Source of the DNA: a virus
Taxonomy: Duplodnaviria > Caudoviricetes
Reading direction: 5' to 3' (one strand)
Virus record (IMG/VR): IMGVR_UViG_3300023105_001451
Span: 32,001 to 96,000 of that record
DNA length: 64,000 nucleotides
Each line of letters opens with the position of its first letter. Position 1 is the first letter of the stretch. Below the pieces are notes generated by a model, which made no database searches, was not told the DNA's origin, and saw nothing but the letters and a program-made list of their open reading frames with translations. Positions 60,182 through 64,000 of this stretch are shown in pieces. A program made the position numbers and the translations under genes.

Positions 60182-60303
60182 AGTCCTGCCTCCCTGGCAC
60201 GTTTTTCTAAGTCTACATCTAGCTCTTTATCTTTAGTAATAGGAGCAGTCATAGCCTTTTGATGTTGTTTATTTTTATACACGATCTTAGGTCCCCCATG
60301 CAT
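60178..60303 (-). CDS. Possible 41-aa hypothetical protein
   Basis: Fills the gap between QueE and 60181, overlapping both; ATG at 60303. Confidence 0.35.
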   Translation of the reverse strand: MHGGPKIVYKNKQHQKAMTAPITKDKELDVDLEKRAREAGL

Positions 60304-61180
60304 TTCCGAATAATGATATGTGGAGTCTTGGGGTAAATCGCCATCCTCTTTCCATACACGCTTCGGCAACGTCTTTAACATTGAGACTGTATTCTTCACT
60401 GCGTCCGCCCAGCGGCATAAGATATACCGGACATTGAACCCCGGCGTCTCTGTAAGCGTCCACAGCTCTTGTAACTTCGTCAAAGTCATCTTGAGTAGCC
60501 ACAACAAACTTAAGATAAATGTCACTGCCGTCAACAAGGCTGTACTCGCGAGCAACATTAGGCAATATAGCAGTTTCCCAAGGTTCTCCTGAGACACTAA
60601 GTTTTGGGGAACAACTCCAAGTGACTTCAAATCTGTTTTGATCTGTGAGATAGTTGTAGAAGTCGTCATGTAAAGATTGTGTAGTATTTGTTTCAAATGT
60701 AACATTTTTTAAATCCTGCATCTTTGGATGCTCAAATAAATCAATATAAAGCTTCTGCCATGCAAGCAAAGGCTCACCACCAGTCATGATCAAATGAATA
60801 TCTTGACCGTTATCTTGCGTCCATTTACCATTTGGAGTAAGTGATAGCAAGTGTTCAACAACTTCGTCTACTTCTTTAAGCATATTAAAATGCTTAAATT
60901 CAGGATAGATACTTGCATAAGTGTCGCAGCCTGTATGTATAATAGGTAAGTCGTTAAATTCTTTTGTAGTCTTATGAACATCTTTAGCAATTAGATCTGC
61001 AACTTCGGCATTATGTTTAATGCCTTCTTTGTGAAGTGTCCAACGATCCTTTGTTTCGCCAGTACCAAAGTTCATACAGCGGAAGTTACAACCAAATGTA
61101 CGTAGGAATACACTAGGTACTCCTACAAACTTGCCTTCGCCTTGCACACTGTAAAATGCTTCACTATAGCGTAGTTTCAT
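60287..61180 (-). CDS. queE: 7-carboxy-7-deazaguanine synthase (QueE-type radical SAM)
   Basis: YSEAFYSVQGEG..VFLRTFGCNFRC...GCDT, TGGEP, FETN, SPKL, RLH; next to folE. Confidence 0.85.
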   Translation of the reverse strand: MKLRYSEAFYSVQGEGKFVGVPSVFLRTFGCNFRCMNFGTGETKDRWTLHKEGIKHNAEVADLIAKDVHKTTKEFNDLPIIHTGCDTYASIYPEFKHFNMLKEVDEVVEHLLSLTPNGKWTQDNGQDIHLIMTGGEPLLAWQKLYIDLFEHPKMQDLKNVTFETNTTQSLHDDFYNYLTDQNRFEVTWSCSPKLSVSGEPWETAILPNVAREYSLVDGSDIYLKFVVATQDDFDEVTRAVDAYRDAGVQCPVYLMPLGGRSEEYSLNVKDVAEACMERGWRFTPRLHISLFGNAWGT

Positions 61181-61344
61181 TAAAATATCTCCTCTGCAAT
61201 GCCAATAAATTCTGCAATAGCAAATAGTAATGCAAACAGAACTAATGAGCCAGTGGCTGCGGCAACTAGACATGCTCCTAATCTAATAATACTTTTCACC
61301 ATGCTTAAATAAAAATGTGTTTTACCCGGATCTTTATTTAACAT
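61180..61344 (-). CDS. 54-aa small membrane protein (not in the ORF track)
   Basis: My translation: MLNKDPGKTHFYLSMVKSIIRLGACLVAAATGSLVLFALLFAIAEFIGIAEEIF; coupled to folE and queE (TAATG). Confidence 0.65.
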   Translation of the reverse strand: MLNKDPGKTHFYLSMVKSIIRLGACLVAAATGSLVLFALLFAIAEFIGIAEEIF

Positions 61345-62021
61345 GCGAACTCCTGTTGCAGTTTAATGTTATCAAAAAACTCTTTCTTTGTACCAGGGTC
61401 GTCTTTAAACGCACCTTTTAGTACAGTTGTTTGTGTAAGTGAACTATGTGCCATAATGCCACGATTCTCACAACAGCCGTGTGTTGCTTGAATATAAACA
61501 CCTAAGTGTTCTGCACCTGTTGCTTTAGCAATCTCACGTGCAATATCATTTGCAAGTTCTTCTTGCAGTGTGCCACGTCGAGCGCACCACTGTGCAATGC
61601 GTGTGTACTTAGATAGTCCGATAAGTTTTTCTGCGGCAATAATACCAATGTATGCTGTACCAGTCACTGGCTGGTGATGATGCGAACACATTGATTTTAG
61701 TTCTGAACGAACAACTAACATACCTTCGTAGCGTTCATCTGAATCATTTGGAAATGCTGTTGCACTTGGAATAGGATCATAACGTCCTGCCATAATCTCA
61801 TTAAAATACATTTTAGCAAGACGTCTTGCTGTACCTTGTGAGTTAGGATCATTATGTCGATCAATAACTAGTGCATCTAGTACACCTTCAAATGCTTCGG
61901 TTGCATCTTCAATAAGTGCTTCTTTGTCGCCTGCTTGTAAGACTTCTGAAATATTATCGCCTGCCCAATAGCGAATGTTTGCATCTTGCAAACGGGCTGT
62001 AATTTGTTTTGCTTTGCTCAA
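61338..62021 (-). CDS. folE: GTP cyclohydrolase I
   Basis: TARRLAK, SMCSHH, IGLSK..R, LQEEL, HGC..RG. Confidence 0.92.
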   Translation of the reverse strand: MSKAKQITARLQDANIRYWAGDNISEVLQAGDKEALIEDATEAFEGVLDALVIDRHNDPNSQGTARRLAKMYFNEIMAGRYDPIPSATAFPNDSDERYEGMLVVRSELKSMCSHHHQPVTGTAYIGIIAAEKLIGLSKYTRIAQWCARRGTLQEELANDIAREIAKATGAEHLGVYIQATHGCCENRGIMAHSSLTQTTVLKGAFKDDPGTKKEFFDNIKLQQEFAC

Positions 62022-62062
62022 TTTTATTCTCCGAGTTAAAGACGAGGATGTCTTATTGTTTA

Positions 62063-62091
62063 AGTATACATGATTATTTAGGTCTTGTCAA
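62063..62091 (-). promoter_or_regulatory. sigma70-type promoter TTGACA-N17-TATACT for folE-queE, with a TAAATA box nested in the spacer
   Basis: -35 at 62086-62091, -10 at 62063-62068, TAAATA at 62075-62080. Confidence 0.65.
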
Positions 62092-62644
62092 CCTTTTCTT
62101 TCCAAAAGAAAGTTGAAATACTAAATCTATATTTGGGTGCAGTTGGACTTGGTCCGTTGAATCTATGTACAAGTTCACCATCAAACACAACCATTCTGTT
62201 AGGAGTATACGGTAATGCACAAATTATGTCTTTGCCGTTTTCGTCATAAAACATAGTTTCGCCGCTCCATCCATCTTTCCATTCTTTATTAGCATAATAT
62301 AAGATGACATCTTGATCTTTATGTATATGATGTGTATGAGAGTCGGCTATAGTATCGCAATTAATAACAGTTTTTTCTATAGCACGTTCTTTAAATTCTT
62401 GAAACGGTTGTGCTTTTGTTAATATATTTAAAAAATCATTTAAACTGTCATTTGTGTGTGCATGTTCCCACATATCTGTAGTAATTTCACTATGAAAATA
62501 TGCTTCTTTTTCAAATACACTATCAGCCCAGCCAATCTGATAAGGAGCATTCATGCATTTACCGTATAAAAGGGTTTGATCATCCCAATTGAATACATTG
62601 TCATAGACTTTTATTTGTGGGTGAGGCTGACTAACTTGTAACAT
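62078..62644 (-). CDS. 2OG-Fe(II) oxygenase
   Basis: HIHKD, YYANKEW..GWSGET.F, PNRMVVFDG..HR, RFSI. Confidence 0.8.
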   Translation of the reverse strand: MLQVSQPHPQIKVYDNVFNWDDQTLLYGKCMNAPYQIGWADSVFEKEAYFHSEITTDMWEHAHTNDSLNDFLNILTKAQPFQEFKERAIEKTVINCDTIADSHTHHIHKDQDVILYYANKEWKDGWSGETMFYDENGKDIICALPYTPNRMVVFDGELVHRFNGPSPTAPKYRFSISTFFWKEKVDKT

Positions 62645-63455
62645 TCACTAATCCTTGTATATAAGGTATATATTCTTTACCAATTATTTCATGTATATGT
62701 TTTGGATAATGTTCGCCGTCTATGGTATCATCCTCAATATTTAGATCTTTGTGTTCTAGAACCCAATTTTTAGCACTTTGTTTAACAATATTAATGTTAG
62801 TTAAGTCACCATATAAATTAAACTCTTCAGGCATGTATACTCTATCATTAATCCTCCATAAATGACACTGAATGTTGTGTTCTTTACATAGAGTATTGAT
62901 AATATATAAGTTACTTAAATATTCTCTGTATTGTAAATGTGTAAGACTTTCATGATACAGCCGAGTATACGGATATTTTTCATGGAAAGGAGCCCAGTCT
63001 GGACTTATATCATGCGGATCATATGTTAACCCTTTAAACTGCTCGAACAGTTCTTTCCTACATTGTTCGACTAATTCTACATGATCGTCAGTGTGTTTCC
63101 AATCAGTATAATATTTGATACGTGGATTCCTTGGACATACATATCTATCATCTAAAAATAAATCACTTTTGGTGCCATCACCGTATTCGAGCGTACGACT
63201 AGCAGCCATTAGCCATCTATTCCAGTAAGTAGACTGAATAAACACATGATCAACATTGTGTCTGTCTATAATAGATTTTAACCAAATAGGATATTTTTGA
63301 TTAGACGCACCTGGTAATGCATAAACAACTACATCCTTATTAAAATGCATTGAGTATACATCTGCATAATTATTATCTTGCCACTGCTGTACCTTTTCGT
63401 CTATACAAACGTATCCTGTTGTATGACTATCTCCCAAAAACGCAGTAACAGACAT
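62631..63455 (-). CDS. SGNH/GDSL-like protein (paralog of 56789)
   Basis: FLGDSHT, GASN, QSTYWNRW, DGEHY. Confidence 0.6.
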   Translation of the reverse strand: MSVTAFLGDSHTTGYVCIDEKVQQWQDNNYADVYSMHFNKDVVVYALPGASNQKYPIWLKSIIDRHNVDHVFIQSTYWNRWLMAASRTLEYGDGTKSDLFLDDRYVCPRNPRIKYYTDWKHTDDHVELVEQCRKELFEQFKGLTYDPHDISPDWAPFHEKYPYTRLYHESLTHLQYREYLSNLYIINTLCKEHNIQCHLWRINDRVYMPEEFNLYGDLTNINIVKQSAKNWVLEHKDLNIEDDTIDGEHYPKHIHEIIGKEYIPYIQGLVNVTS

Positions 63456-63880
63456 TATGCATCCTCAAGTGCATTATATGCCTCAGTTGTTCCTTCTGAC
63501 AGTTTAGTATAGTCACCTTTACCTGGAACACAGTGTCTAATACCGCCTGCAGGATTTTTGCAATCATTATTTCTACGGAAGATCAAGTGTACATGGGGAT
63601 ACATGCAAGTTTGTCCTGCACTTTGCCCCATATTAATACCTACATTATAGCCTGTAATATTGTTTGCAAGACTAGATACATTTTGTTCTCCCATAGAAAC
63701 AGCAAACTTAAAGCATCTCATTAGATTATCCTCGTGGTTTACTTTTGGAACAACAAGTGTATGTCCTTCGGTTACTGGATATTTGTCGTTGTAAACAACA
63801 AAATCTCTAGTATCAAGCTCAACATCTGTCCAAGGAGCTCGTCAGTCCTTTTGTGCTTGTTCTAATGTATCAAGATACAT
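63455..63880 (-). pseudogene. HIT-family nucleotide hydrolase interrupted by an in-frame TGA at codon 13
   Basis: MYLDTLEQAQKD*RAPW...DKYPVTEGHTLVVPK...YNVGINMG.SAGQT..PHVHLI; GAGGAGG RBS before 63880; TGA at 63844-63842. Confidence 0.7.
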
Positions 63881-64000
63881 AAACTTCCTCCTCGATATAT
63901 CGTTTTAATTCTTTATCTTCTACATCATTTGGAATATCATTTTTGTAAAAGATTCTATAGCTGTCACTACCGTACTTACCAATGCCACAGAGTTTAGTAG
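63870..64000 (-). CDS. HhH-GPD (MBD4-like) DNA glycosylase, C-terminal fragment
   Basis: My translation TKLCGIGKYGSDSYRIFY.. matches the MBD4-type helix-hairpin-helix motif LxGIGKYGxDSYRIF. Confidence 0.7.
   Translation of the reverse strand, partial: TKLCGIGKYGSDSYRIFYKNDIPNDVEDKELKRYIEEEVYVS

Noticed and set aside
60304-60705. 175-aa ORF 60178-60705 and the N-terminal extension of QueE to 61273
   Set aside because: These are alternative-frame overlaps of queE and of the 54-aa membrane ORF; only the distal 41 codons of the former are plausible.
62022-62062. preQ1 riboswitch upstream of folE
   Set aside because: Only a 5-bp hairpin (AAGAC-ATCCTC-GTCTT); it lacks the preQ1-I loop consensus and the A-rich 3' tail.
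199-63724. Numerous 60-140 aa antisense or out-of-frame ORFs in the track (e.g. 1669, 14340, 34821, 41886, 50339)
   Set aside because: They lie within or largely overlap motif-bearing genes, with no RBS or recognisable motifs; treated as shadow ORFs.
63842-63844. Genome-wide UGA reassignment or selenocysteine
   Set aside because: TGA is used as a normal stop in many ATGA-coupled genes here, this is the only in-frame case I found, and the position is not a Cys-type catalytic site.
1-64000. CRISPR array, IS/transposase, integrase, intron/intein, rRNA
   Set aside because: No regularly spaced repeats or diagnostic motifs seen; coding density leaves no room for them.

Overview
A 64 kb, AT-rich, very gene-dense segment of a large lytic tailed-phage (T4-superfamily-like/jumbo myovirus-type) genome, inferred from tail-fibre genes, T4-type TATAAATA late boxes and an RNase H-like exonuclease. 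Layout: (i) 1-5963, tail collar/fibre and virion structural genes. (ii) About 6.0-49.3 kb, a block of about 50 genes that are almost all tailoring enzymes: 16 radical-SAM proteins (many with N- or C-terminal Twitch/SPASM-type Cys clusters, one B12-dependent), 11 2OG-Fe(II)/cupin oxygenases, at least 6 glycosyltransferase-like proteins, a methyltransferase, GNATs, SDRs, SGNH-like proteins, two kinase-fold proteins, a QueC-like ATPase, UDP-glucose dehydrogenase and an epimerase, plus a degenerate tRNA-Asn. A second fibre gene with an Mtd-like N-terminus closes the block. (iii) 50.7-64 kb, mostly minus-strand core/early genes (MoxR AAA + VWA metallopeptidase, 5'-3' exonuclease, QueE, FolE, a HIT gene with an in-frame TGA, an MBD4-like glycosylase) with further tailoring genes interspersed. 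Regulatory signals read directly from the sequence: several perfect or near-perfect sigma70 promoters, T4-like late boxes, and a repeated compact divergent cassette (TAARTA-N5-ATG on both strands) that predicts leaderless mRNAs. All product calls come from motif recognition by eye; no database searches were run.
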